From positions 18,166-82,165 of the forward strand of contig JAZNTV010000077.1 of NCBI GenBank assembly GCA_045591985.1: a DNA stretch of 64,000 nucleotides. Reading direction: 5' to 3'. Both the position numbers and the translations under genes were made by a program. The stretch is from Acutalibacteraceae bacterium. GTDB taxonomy: Bacteria; Bacillota; Clostridia; Oscillospirales; Acutalibacteraceae. The notes beneath the pieces were generated by a model. It searched no databases. It was not told where the DNA came from and saw only the letters and a program-made list of their open reading frames with translations. Below, piece by piece: positions 29,082 to 38,047 of the stretch; positions within the stretch are counted from its first letter, which is position 1; each line of letters starts with the position of its first letter.

Positions 29082-32000
29082 ATGAAAACACGTTTGGTAT
29101 CGTGCTTGCTGTGTGTATGTTTGCTTTTATCGTGCTGCGGCATGACGATGGGTTCGGTATACGCGGCGGAAGAAGGAGCGAATTATATTATTCGGACATT
29201 CTCTGTGCGTTTTGCCGAAAATATTGTGTTGGGATCGGCCAACGGTGTTCTTGCGACAAAGGGAGAGATGGTTGAAACGACCGACTTGACAAAATACGGT
29301 TACGGAACAGATCCCGATCGCTTGGCTATTCAAGTGGACGTGTACGCCGAGGGAGATGACCTCTTTTGGAGTTTTATAAAAGCAAAGGCGCTACAAGGAC
29401 AGATGGAAGTTACCAGCGGTGGCAAATGTGACGTGGAAGAGATCGGTATCAATCCCGGTATGGCGTTTGCGTTTGAACGCGGTGTGTGGAAACGTGTGAT
29501 CATCCCGCTCTCTCAATTCAACTCCAAAGTCGGCGGTGAGTTTGATCCCACATCGTTCAATTATTTTCGGGTATATTTAGAAGATACGTGCGCGCCTGCC
29601 TTTGCGGGCGGTGTCGGTGTCATTAAACTTCATAACTTTATGTTGGTAGATACAGCGGCCGAGGCGCCCTCGGAAGAGGATCTTCCCGTCGGCGACGGCT
29701 CGTTTGTTCCGGCGCCTCCTGTGTTCCGAAAAATGAATGTCACTCCCGGGTACAATAAGGGAATGACGGTGTTTGCGGGATATAATCTGAAAGACTATCT
29801 TGAAGAACATACCGAGGTTTCGGTGTTGAATGCCAAAGGGGAAGAGGACTACAGTTCAGTCGTCAACTCGTTGCTCAGCGGTTTGGCATCGGTGGGCGGC
29901 GGTTCGCTGTTCATTCCGGCGGGCGAATATGCTTTTCGCCGTGATATTTACGTGCCGGACGGCACCGCGATCATCGGCGAATGGGTGAGTCCCGATGAAA
30001 ACCCGGAGGCACGCGGTACCATACTTAAAGTATACAGCGGTAAGGGGAGCGAAAACGGCGCGTTTATTTCCATGGGTGCTCATACCGTGGTGCAAAACGT
30101 AAGTTTTTGGTACCCTGAACAAACGGTAGACGAGTTCGCGGTGTATCCGCCGACTATCGATCTGAACCAGTATACCTTTGCGAAAAACATAACCTTATAT
30201 AACTCGTATTTCGGTATTCGTTCGCTGACAACGGCAAACTGTCCGAATGCGTGGAACATCTATGGTACGCCTTTGAATATCGGTCTGGATTTCGATATGG
30301 TTATCGATATCGCGCGTATCGAGGAGATCCATTTTTCTCCCGACTATTGGATCGAATCCGAATTGGACGGTGCTCCGACGAGTGCCGCCGATATTAAAGC
30401 GTTGGAAGATCAGTTGTATAACTACGCCATCGGTATCACCTTGCGCCGTATCGACTGGTCGTATGTGACCTATTCGGATATCGAAGGGTATAACACGGCG
30501 TTGATGTTTGCACAGTCGATCGACGGCAACTGGCCGAACGGTCAGTGCGTCGGTTTAACCTTTACCGATTGCAAATACGGTCACTTTGCGTACGGTGTTG
30601 CCAACACCACCGAATCTCTGCTCGATATCACCATGGAAAACTGCGAGTACGGTGTGTACATCACGGGCGAAGCGGACGACCGCATTTATTATGACGGTGC
30701 GATCCGCTACTACGACTCCGATATCGAAGCGTCCCAATACGCGGTATATCAAGAGAGCAATAATCAGCGGTTGAACATAATCGCCTCGGTTATTCGCAAC
30801 GGTCGTGTATACACGAAAAACGGCAACAATGTTTTTATCAACAACGAATTCCAAACCGTAGTACCGCATATTGAGTTGGATTACGGTACGGTGACAGGAA
30901 TTATGATCGGTAATACCGATGCTTACGGCGATCCGATCAAGTTTGAAAACCCGGGACGGTGTGAGTATACCTATAAAGAAGAGCCGATCGAAATAGATAC
31001 CTATGAGAAGATGACACGAGAGGAAGCGGCCGCTCGCGTGGTCGGTCCCGCCAGTGACAACTATCGCATCCCCACCGATCTGGATGTGAGTGGTGTGACG
31101 GACATGACCGAGAAGATACAAAACTATTTGACCGAACTCGGCGAAAACGGTGGCGGTACTTTGTTTTTGATGCCGGGCAAATATCGTATCGACGGTACAC
31201 TTTCTGTTCCGAGCGGCGTGGAACTGCGCGGTTCGGCGGAATATGCGTCGATTCCCAAAGCGATCAACACCATCTTCCAGGTGTATACGCCTGTGGAAGC
31301 AGGGGAGGATGCCTATACGTCGACGGCGACCGTTACTTTGGCGGAAGGCGCTGGCCTTCGCGGCATTATCTTCAACTATCCCGAGCAAGGTCAGACCTAT
31401 CGTGAAGGTGAAAAAGTGTTGGATCCGATCGTGTCGGAACAGACCGGTATCGATACGTATGTGCAGTATTACGAGTTTGATTTTCTGCCGTATCCTTATA
31501 CCGTGCGCGGTACGGGTGCCGATGTGTATCTTGTGAACGTAACGATGCGGAACGCATGGAACGGTGTGGATTTTATGACCTACCGTTGCGATAACCATTA
31601 TATCGACTATTTGGCAGGCCATTTTTATAATCGCGGCATGGTGGTCGGTAACGGGGCTGTGGGCGGTTATATCCGCAACTATCAGTTCAATTACAATTCC
31701 ATTATGATAAACGCGCAAAACTGGTCCGGCTGGGGCGGTATTCCCAATTCGGAGATTACCACTGCAGATTTCCATCAGCCGATGCAGGCGCAGATCATGA
31801 ACAATACCATCATTCTGCAACTCGGTCACGTGGAAGATCAACTTGTGTATAACAATTTCAATTACGCTTCTTATATCGGTGTGCATCTCATCGCAGAGGA
31901 CAGCGGCGCGGCTGATGTGCGTATTTTCGGACACGGCGTGGACGGCGGTGTCGTATCGGTGCAGATCGAAGAGGCCGAACACGTGGAGTTCACCAACTTG

Positions 32001-33317
32001 CAGTTGACTTCGTTCAACCTTTACGGTGACAACCGTAACACCGACCGTTGGGCGGTGGATGAAAGCAAACAACCGCTCTACACTATTTGGGTGAAAGACA
32101 CCTTTGACGGTGAAATTTCCATCTATAATTTTGCCGAATGGGCGTACGGCCCGCATGCGGGTATACGTGTCGATAGCGGTGTGGTGAACGTGTATAACGC
32201 ACAGATCAACCACGAAAACGACCAGAAAGTGCTGTTTGAGTTGCACGGAGACGGTGAACTGAACGTGTACTCCTTTGCTTCGTGGCGTGAAGACAAACCC
32301 ATTGTGGCAGTAGGCTCTCCCGAAAATTTGCATATTACTGCCGGTTTCTATTACAATGAATTTCAAAATACCGATTTGCTCGGCACGTTTGACGCGATGT
32401 ATCCGTATTCCCGCGAATATGCCGTGCCGAAAAACGTGCGTTTCACCGAAGATTCCGAAGTGGTGTTCGCGCAGTCGTTTGATACCTATGAATTGACCGA
32501 AGACAGTGTCGTTACGGTGGATAATCTGAAATACGGTACGGTACGGCGCGGTACGATTCGCGCACGGTTAACGGCAAAGGATATCGTGCAAGGTTTCAAA
32601 GCAGGGCAGGACAAGAACGCATCGTTGCCGTTTGCATTGGAAAGCGGCCGCACGAACGATCTTTATCGCATGGAATGGCGTCTGGTTGTCGATGAAATGC
32701 GCGATGCCGAAGAAAGTGAGATCTATCTCTTCCTTTCAAACGCTAACGTGAAGACACAGAATATGCTGACGGTCACATCGGACGGCACGGTGTACGATGC
32801 GAGCCAAAACAAGATCGGCACGATTCGGTTCGGTGAGTATTATCGCTTGGCGGTCGAAGTTGATGCGCGTAATGCAAACAACAAGACTGCTACGGTCTAT
32901 TTGTTAAACGATGATAGTCGTGTGATCGGAAAAGGGGCTGCTTTGAGATTGGATAACGCCTTCCAAGGCGAGAATACGGTGACAGGTTTCTGGCTTGCGG
33001 CTACGGCTATGCCGAACGATATGCCCGAAACCGAGACGGATATGTCGCTGGATTATTTCTATATCCTCCGCAGTGAAACAAGTACGATTGGCCGTAACGT
33101 AGATCCGAACAGTGTGATGATCGGCGATGTCAGCGGTGACAGCAAGATCGATTCGACCGATGCACGTATGGTGCTGCAGTATGCGGTGAAGAAGATATCG
33201 TCGCTACCCGCTGCGGATGCCGCGGATGTGGACGGTAACGGCAAGATCGACTCGACCGATGCACGCTTGATTTTGCAGTATTCCGTGAAAAAGATCAGCA
33301 CCTTCCCGGCTGCATAG
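29082..33317 (+). CDS. Secreted dockerin-bearing double beta-helix protein, paralogue 2
   Basis: 1411 aa and collinear with paralogue 1. Signal peptide MKTRLVSCLLCVCLLLSCCGMTMGSVYA. Motifs GGGSLFIPAGEYA, FWYPEQ, GGGTLFLMPGKYRIDG and FNYPEQ, plus a dockerin. Confidence 0.85.
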   Translation: MKTRLVSCLLCVCLLLSCCGMTMGSVYAAEEGANYIIRTFSVRFAENIVLGSANGVLATKGEMVETTDLTKYGYGTDPDRLAIQVDVYAEGDDLFWSFIKAKALQGQMEVTSGGKCDVEEIGINPGMAFAFERGVWKRVIIPLSQFNSKVGGEFDPTSFNYFRVYLEDTCAPAFAGGVGVIKLHNFMLVDTAAEAPSEEDLPVGDGSFVPAPPVFRKMNVTPGYNKGMTVFAGYNLKDYLEEHTEVSVLNAKGEEDYSSVVNSLLSGLASVGGGSLFIPAGEYAFRRDIYVPDGTAIIGEWVSPDENPEARGTILKVYSGKGSENGAFISMGAHTVVQNVSFWYPEQTVDEFAVYPPTIDLNQYTFAKNITLYNSYFGIRSLTTANCPNAWNIYGTPLNIGLDFDMVIDIARIEEIHFSPDYWIESELDGAPTSAADIKALEDQLYNYAIGITLRRIDWSYVTYSDIEGYNTALMFAQSIDGNWPNGQCVGLTFTDCKYGHFAYGVANTTESLLDITMENCEYGVYITGEADDRIYYDGAIRYYDSDIEASQYAVYQESNNQRLNIIASVIRNGRVYTKNGNNVFINNEFQTVVPHIELDYGTVTGIMIGNTDAYGDPIKFENPGRCEYTYKEEPIEIDTYEKMTREEAAARVVGPASDNYRIPTDLDVSGVTDMTEKIQNYLTELGENGGGTLFLMPGKYRIDGTLSVPSGVELRGSAEYASIPKAINTIFQVYTPVEAGEDAYTSTATVTLAEGAGLRGIIFNYPEQGQTYREGEKVLDPIVSEQTGIDTYVQYYEFDFLPYPYTVRGTGADVYLVNVTMRNAWNGVDFMTYRCDNHYIDYLAGHFYNRGMVVGNGAVGGYIRNYQFNYNSIMINAQNWSGWGGIPNSEITTADFHQPMQAQIMNNTIILQLGHVEDQLVYNNFNYASYIGVHLIAEDSGAADVRIFGHGVDGGVVSVQIEEAEHVEFTNLQLTSFNLYGDNRNTDRWAVDESKQPLYTIWVKDTFDGEISIYNFAEWAYGPHAGIRVDSGVVNVYNAQINHENDQKVLFELHGDGELNVYSFASWREDKPIVAVGSPENLHITAGFYYNEFQNTDLLGTFDAMYPYSREYAVPKNVRFTEDSEVVFAQSFDTYELTEDSVVTVDNLKYGTVRRGTIRARLTAKDIVQGFKAGQDKNASLPFALESGRTNDLYRMEWRLVVDEMRDAEESEIYLFLSNANVKTQNMLTVTSDGTVYDASQNKIGTIRFGEYYRLAVEVDARNANNKTATVYLLNDDSRVIGKGAALRLDNAFQGENTVTGFWLAATAMPNDMPETETDMSLDYFYILRSETSTIGRNVDPNSVMIGDVSGDSKIDSTDARMVLQYAVKKISSLPAADAADVDGNGKIDSTDARLILQYSVKKISTFPAA
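33123..33314 (+). other. Dockerin module of paralogue 2
   Basis: GDVSGDSKIDSTDARMVLQYAVKK ... ADVDGNGKIDSTDARLILQYSVKK. Confidence 0.8.
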
Positions 33318-33333
33318 ACTCTCAAATACATCC

Positions 33334-33372
33334 ATCCCACCCCGAGAAGTACTTGTCGGGGTGGGATTTTTT
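33334..33372 (+). terminator. Intrinsic terminator of paralogue 2
   Basis: Stem atcccaccccga...tcggggtgggat followed by tttttt. Confidence 0.65.
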
Positions 33373-33442
33373 CACTTATCAACGGCCATATGCAAAAAGT
33401 TATCAAAAGTATGCAATTTCTGCTTGGATATTTATATACATA

Positions 33443-33472
33443 TTGACAACGCGTGGTGATACAATGTATAAT
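33443..33472 (+). promoter_or_regulatory. Putative promoter of paralogue 3
   Basis: TTGACA, 18-nt spacer, TATAAT. Confidence 0.5.
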
Positions 33473-33505
33473 TGTTTTATCCTAAGAAAAGTGAGGACGA
33501 CCAAT

Positions 33506-36500
33506 ATGAAAAAGCGACTCCTGGCGTTGCTGCTCTCGATTTGTTTGCTGATTCCGTTTATGGGTATCTCGGCAGGCGACGTGTTTGCGGCTGAGGGGGA
33601 AAAATCGTTCATTATCAAAGAACTTTCTCCCTATGTTTCTACCACGATCGATCTTAACGGCAACGGTGTGTTGTTTACCGCACCGGCGGCAAATTTTGAT
33701 GCAATGGATCTTTCCGGTAAAGGCGAGTATGATTTTGAAGATGTCGGTATTATGATCGACACCTATCTTGCCGGTTCCGAAAAGTTTATGGATTATATGT
33801 ACAAGGGGCGTTTCGGCGGTCAGTTTGAGATCACTTCCAGCGGTACTTGCGATAAACAGGAGTGGCGCTGTAACCCAGGCTCGGTTGTTAAGTTTGAAAA
33901 AGACGGTTGGAAGCGGGTTATCATTCCGCTGACGATGTTCAGCGGCACCGCGAAAGACGATTTTGATAAGTCCAAATTTAACTATATTCGTTTGTACTTC
34001 CAGGGCGGCGGCCTGGCAGGGGAAAGCGGTACGGTAAAGCTCATTAACTGGGCGCTGGTCGATCTTACCGTACCCGAAGAGGAACGTCCTTCTACAGAAG
34101 AACGTCCGCTTGGTGACGGTACGTTTGAGGCGGATCCGCCTGTGTTCAAAAAGGTGAACATCTCTGCGGGCTTCGACGACAGTGTAGCCGCTTTTGCGGG
34201 CTATAATCTGCAGGAATATATCAACGAGCATCCCGATGTAAAGATTACCGACAACAACGGTAATCTCGATTACACCTCGGTTGTAAACTCGTTGTTGGAA
34301 GGCTTGAATGCGGCAGGCGGCGGTGCGCTGTTTATCCCTGCCGGTGAGTGGCCGTTCCGCGGTAACATTATGTTGCCTGCAGGCACCTCTATTTTCGGTG
34401 AGTGGGCCAATCCCGACGAAAACCCCGAAGTGCGCGGCACGGTGCTCGAAGTATACACCGGTGCGGGTGCTTCGGACGGCACACCCTTTATTCAAATGAT
34501 GCAACATTCGCAGGTGAAAAACTTGGCGTTCTGGTATCCCGAACAGTCGGTGGATACCTTTACCCAGTATCCGCCTACGATTTCGACCTATCAGTACACC
34601 TTCGTGCAGAACGTGACGTTGGTCAACTCCTATTTCGGCATTCAAAATAACACGGGCGCTAACTGCCCGAATGCGTGGAACGTCTATGGCACGCCGCTTA
34701 ACGTCGGTTTGGATTTTGATCACGTTATCGATATTGCGCGTGTGGAAGAGTTGCACTTTGCTGCCAAATACTGGATGTATTCGGGCCTGTCAAATGCACC
34801 GACTTCCAAAGCTGACGTGCAGAAACTGGAAGATCAGCTGTATAACTACGCGATCGGTATCACTCTGCGTCGTATCGACTGGTCCTATGTGACCTATTCG
34901 GATGTCGTGGGTTACAACATCGGTCTGCTGTTTGATCTTTCCACCAACGGCAACAACTACCCGAACGGTCAGTGCGTCGGTCTGAACTTTACCAATTGTA
35001 AATACGGTCACTTCTCCTATGGTGCGTCGAGTTCGACGGAATCGTTGCTCGACATCACTATGAAGAACTGTGAATATGGCATTTACTCGACAGGTACGGT
35101 CAGCGGCGTTATTCAGTATTACAACGCGGACATTCAAGCGACCGAATACGCCGTGTATCAAGAAAGTTCCGGTGTAAAGCTGAGCTTGATGGCTTCCACT
35201 GTCCGCGGCGGTCGCGTGTATACCAAGAACGGTAACAATATTTTCATCAACAACAAGTTCCTGACGGCAGCACCGCAGCTGGAACTGGACTACGGTACGG
35301 TGGCGGCTATTGTGCTCGGTAACACCGATGCATATGGCGACGAAATCAAGTACACCAACCCCGGTCGTTGCACCTTCAGTTATGACAAAACAAAGGTGGA
35401 TTTGAAGCCGTATACCAAGATGACGCGTGAGGAAGCGAAGGGGTATATCAAAGCTCCCGAAAGCAAGAATTATATCGTTCCGGATGATTTGGATAACAAG
35501 AATCAAGAGGATATGACCGAAAAGATCCAGGCGTATTTGACCGAGCTCGGTAATAACGGCGGCGGTATCTTGTTCTTGAAACCCGGCAAATATCGCATCG
35601 ACGGTACTTTCGTCATCCCCACGGGGGTGGAACTGCGCGGTTCGGCGGACTACGCTTCCGTGCCGAAAGCGGTCAATACGATGCTGTACATCAACACTCC
35701 CATTGAAGAAGGTAAGGACGAGTACACCTCTACCGCTACCATTACAATGGAAGAGAACAGCGGTATCCGCGGTATCATCGTGAACTATCCGCATCAGAAC
35801 GAGAAGTTCCGCAAGATCGATACGGTAATCGATCCCGTCAAGTCCAAAGAGGAAACCGATAAAGCACAAGAAGCGGAAAACCTCGCAGCAGCGGCGGCCG
35901 GTCGCAAGCCTGTTGAAGTCGCTCCCATTGACGTGATGGTGGATTACTACGAATTCGATTTCGTGCCGTATCCCTACACCATTCGTGGTACGGGTGCGGA
36001 TATCTACGTGGTGAACGTGTCTATCCGTAACGGTTGGAACGGCGTGGACTTTATGACCTACAAGTGCGATAATCACTATATTGATTATCTGGCGGGTCAC
36101 TTCTTCAACCGCGGTATCGTTGTCGGCGGTGGCTCGGAAAACGGCTACGTCCGTAACTTCCAGTTCAACTACAACTCCATCTATCAGGCGGCAGGTGATA
36201 TCTGGTCCGGCTTCGGCGGTGAACCGGCGAAATCCGGTGTTGCCAGTTACTTCCATCAGCCGATGCAGGCACAGTTCAACAACAACTCCATCATTCTGCA
36301 GCTCGGTCACGTGGAGAACCAGCTCGTGTACAACTGCTTTAACTACGCATCCTATATTGGCGTTCATGCGATCGCCGAGCCTACGGGTGCGGCGGATGCC
36401 CGTATCTTCGGCCACGGTGTGGACTACGGTACGGTGTCGTTGAAGGTTGAAGCCGCTGAACGTTTGGAATTCACCAATATGCAGCTTACCTCCTTCAACC

Positions 36501-37795
36501 AGTGTGGTTCGGACGGTAATACCCAGCGTTACGCGGTGGACCAGAGCAAGATCCCGCTGTATGATATCTGGTTGACCGATACCTTTGAAGGTGAGATCAC
36601 CGTTACCAACTTCACCGAATGGGCACCGTCCCCGACAGCGGGTGTGCGCGTGGATAGCGGTCGCTTGAATATGTATAATGCGCAGTTCAGCCATACGGTG
36701 AGCCATTTGTTCGAATTGAACGGCGATGGTGAACTGAATATCGTCGGCTTCAGTTCCACTCGCGCCGATAAGCCGAAGATCGTAGATAACGAACCGGAAA
36801 ACCTGTTCATCACGGCCGGTTTCTATCAGAGCGAATTGCAAAATCTGGATGGTATCGGTAAATACGAGCACGTGTATCCTCGTGTGACCCATTATTCCGT
36901 GCCGAAGAACGTGACCTTTACCGATGATTCGCAGATCGTCTTCGTTGAATCCTTCGATGAATACACCTTTAACACATCCTCGACATTCCAGACGGATGAT
37001 ACGCGTTATACCACGTTGCGTCGCGGTGCTGTGCGTATGCGCCTGACCGAGAGTCAGTTATCAAACGGTCTTAAGATCGGTCAGGATAAGAATAAAGAGA
37101 AACCGTTCGCGCTCGAATCCGGCAAGAAGGATTCGCTGTATCGCATGGAATGGCGTATCAACGCAAGTGAGATGCGCGGAACCGAAGACAGCGAGATCTT
37201 CCTGTACTTCTCCAATGACAACGTTGACCGTCAGATCGTATTCACTATCAAATCCGATGGTACGGTATACGATCAAAACGGCACGGCGTTCGCTAAGATG
37301 AACATTGACGGCACGTATTATCGTTTGGCAATCGAAGTGGATGCCCGCAATGCCAATAACAAACAAGCAACGGTGTATTTGTTGGATGATAACAGTCGTG
37401 TGATCGCGAAGAGTACGACCTCGTCGCTGAATAAAAACTTCCAAGGCGAGAACACAGTTACCGGTTTTTGGTTTGTAACGATGGCTTCGCCCTACGACGC
37501 GCCTGACACCGAGACGGATTTTTACGTTGATTATTTCTACATCTGCCGCAGTGAAACGAGCACTATCGGCCGTAACGTGGATCCGAACAGCGTGATGATC
37601 GGTGATGTCAGCGGTGACGGTAAGATCGATTCGACCGATGCACGTATGGTGTTGCAGTATTCGGTGAAGAAGATCACCTCGTTGCCCGCAACGGATGCCG
37701 CAGATGTGGACGGCAACGGTAAGATCGATTCGACCGATGCGCGTTTGATCCTCCAGTATTCCGTTAAGAAAATCAGCGCATTCCCTGCAGCATAA
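33506..37795 (+). CDS. Secreted dockerin-bearing double beta-helix protein, paralogue 3
   Basis: The ORF track start at 33353 is a TTG read-through. True start is MKKRLLALLLSICLLIPFMGISAGDVFA after GTGAGGA, giving 1429 aa. Same module order, with an extra acidic/Ala-rich insert in beta-helix 2. Confidence 0.85.
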   Translation: MKKRLLALLLSICLLIPFMGISAGDVFAAEGEKSFIIKELSPYVSTTIDLNGNGVLFTAPAANFDAMDLSGKGEYDFEDVGIMIDTYLAGSEKFMDYMYKGRFGGQFEITSSGTCDKQEWRCNPGSVVKFEKDGWKRVIIPLTMFSGTAKDDFDKSKFNYIRLYFQGGGLAGESGTVKLINWALVDLTVPEEERPSTEERPLGDGTFEADPPVFKKVNISAGFDDSVAAFAGYNLQEYINEHPDVKITDNNGNLDYTSVVNSLLEGLNAAGGGALFIPAGEWPFRGNIMLPAGTSIFGEWANPDENPEVRGTVLEVYTGAGASDGTPFIQMMQHSQVKNLAFWYPEQSVDTFTQYPPTISTYQYTFVQNVTLVNSYFGIQNNTGANCPNAWNVYGTPLNVGLDFDHVIDIARVEELHFAAKYWMYSGLSNAPTSKADVQKLEDQLYNYAIGITLRRIDWSYVTYSDVVGYNIGLLFDLSTNGNNYPNGQCVGLNFTNCKYGHFSYGASSSTESLLDITMKNCEYGIYSTGTVSGVIQYYNADIQATEYAVYQESSGVKLSLMASTVRGGRVYTKNGNNIFINNKFLTAAPQLELDYGTVAAIVLGNTDAYGDEIKYTNPGRCTFSYDKTKVDLKPYTKMTREEAKGYIKAPESKNYIVPDDLDNKNQEDMTEKIQAYLTELGNNGGGILFLKPGKYRIDGTFVIPTGVELRGSADYASVPKAVNTMLYINTPIEEGKDEYTSTATITMEENSGIRGIIVNYPHQNEKFRKIDTVIDPVKSKEETDKAQEAENLAAAAAGRKPVEVAPIDVMVDYYEFDFVPYPYTIRGTGADIYVVNVSIRNGWNGVDFMTYKCDNHYIDYLAGHFFNRGIVVGGGSENGYVRNFQFNYNSIYQAAGDIWSGFGGEPAKSGVASYFHQPMQAQFNNNSIILQLGHVENQLVYNCFNYASYIGVHAIAEPTGAADARIFGHGVDYGTVSLKVEAAERLEFTNMQLTSFNQCGSDGNTQRYAVDQSKIPLYDIWLTDTFEGEITVTNFTEWAPSPTAGVRVDSGRLNMYNAQFSHTVSHLFELNGDGELNIVGFSSTRADKPKIVDNEPENLFITAGFYQSELQNLDGIGKYEHVYPRVTHYSVPKNVTFTDDSQIVFVESFDEYTFNTSSTFQTDDTRYTTLRRGAVRMRLTESQLSNGLKIGQDKNKEKPFALESGKKDSLYRMEWRINASEMRGTEDSEIFLYFSNDNVDRQIVFTIKSDGTVYDQNGTAFAKMNIDGTYYRLAIEVDARNANNKQATVYLLDDNSRVIAKSTTSSLNKNFQGENTVTGFWFVTMASPYDAPDTETDFYVDYFYICRSETSTIGRNVDPNSVMIGDVSGDGKIDSTDARMVLQYSVKKITSLPATDAADVDGNGKIDSTDARLILQYSVKKISAFPAA
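37601..37792 (+). other. Dockerin module of paralogue 3
   Basis: GDVSGDGKIDSTDARMVLQYSVKK ... ADVDGNGKIDSTDARLILQYSVKK. Confidence 0.8.
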
Positions 37796-37807
37796 TCTGT
37801 AACTTTC

Positions 37808-37846
37808 AAAGAACTCCACAGACCCGAAGGTCTGTGGAGTTCTTTT
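37808..37846 (+). terminator. Intrinsic terminator of paralogue 3
   Basis: 17-bp perfect stem aaagaactccacagacc-cgaa-ggtctgtggagttcttt. Confidence 0.6.
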
Positions 37847-37953
37847 ACACGGGCGTGGATTTGTGGGTTTAACATAAGTTAAACTAAATTTATCACATTT
37901 GTAAAATCGGAACAAATTTCAGAGTTTTTTCTACTGTAACTTTATAAATTCCA

Positions 37954-37982
37954 TTGACAGAAAGACGGAATTGTGGTAAATA
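37954..37982 (+). promoter_or_regulatory. Putative extended -10 promoter of paralogue 4
   Basis: TTGACA, 17-nt spacer ending in TGg, then TAAATA. Confidence 0.4.
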
Positions 37983-38047
37983 TAGTATGCAGGGAAGAGT
38001 GGCATTTCGTGCCGCTCTACACAGTTTATATCGAAAAGGAGAACACA

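Noticed and set aside
33353-33505. N-terminal extensions in the ORF track for paralogue 3 (33353), paralogue 4 (37973), potA (55799), ylxM (13066), padR (8892) and others.
   Set aside because: These are read-through from upstream TTG, GTG or ATG codons that cross promoters or terminators. Internal ATG or GTG codons preceded by GGAGG-like sites and followed by signal peptides or conserved N-termini are the plausible starts.
37855-37915. Small palindromes upstream of paralogue 4 (gtttaac-ataa-gttaaac and atttgt-N9-acaaat), considered as possible shared operators of the array.
   Set aside because: I could not find equivalent motifs upstream of paralogues 1-3. Short AT-rich palindromes are expected by chance in AT-rich intergenic DNA.
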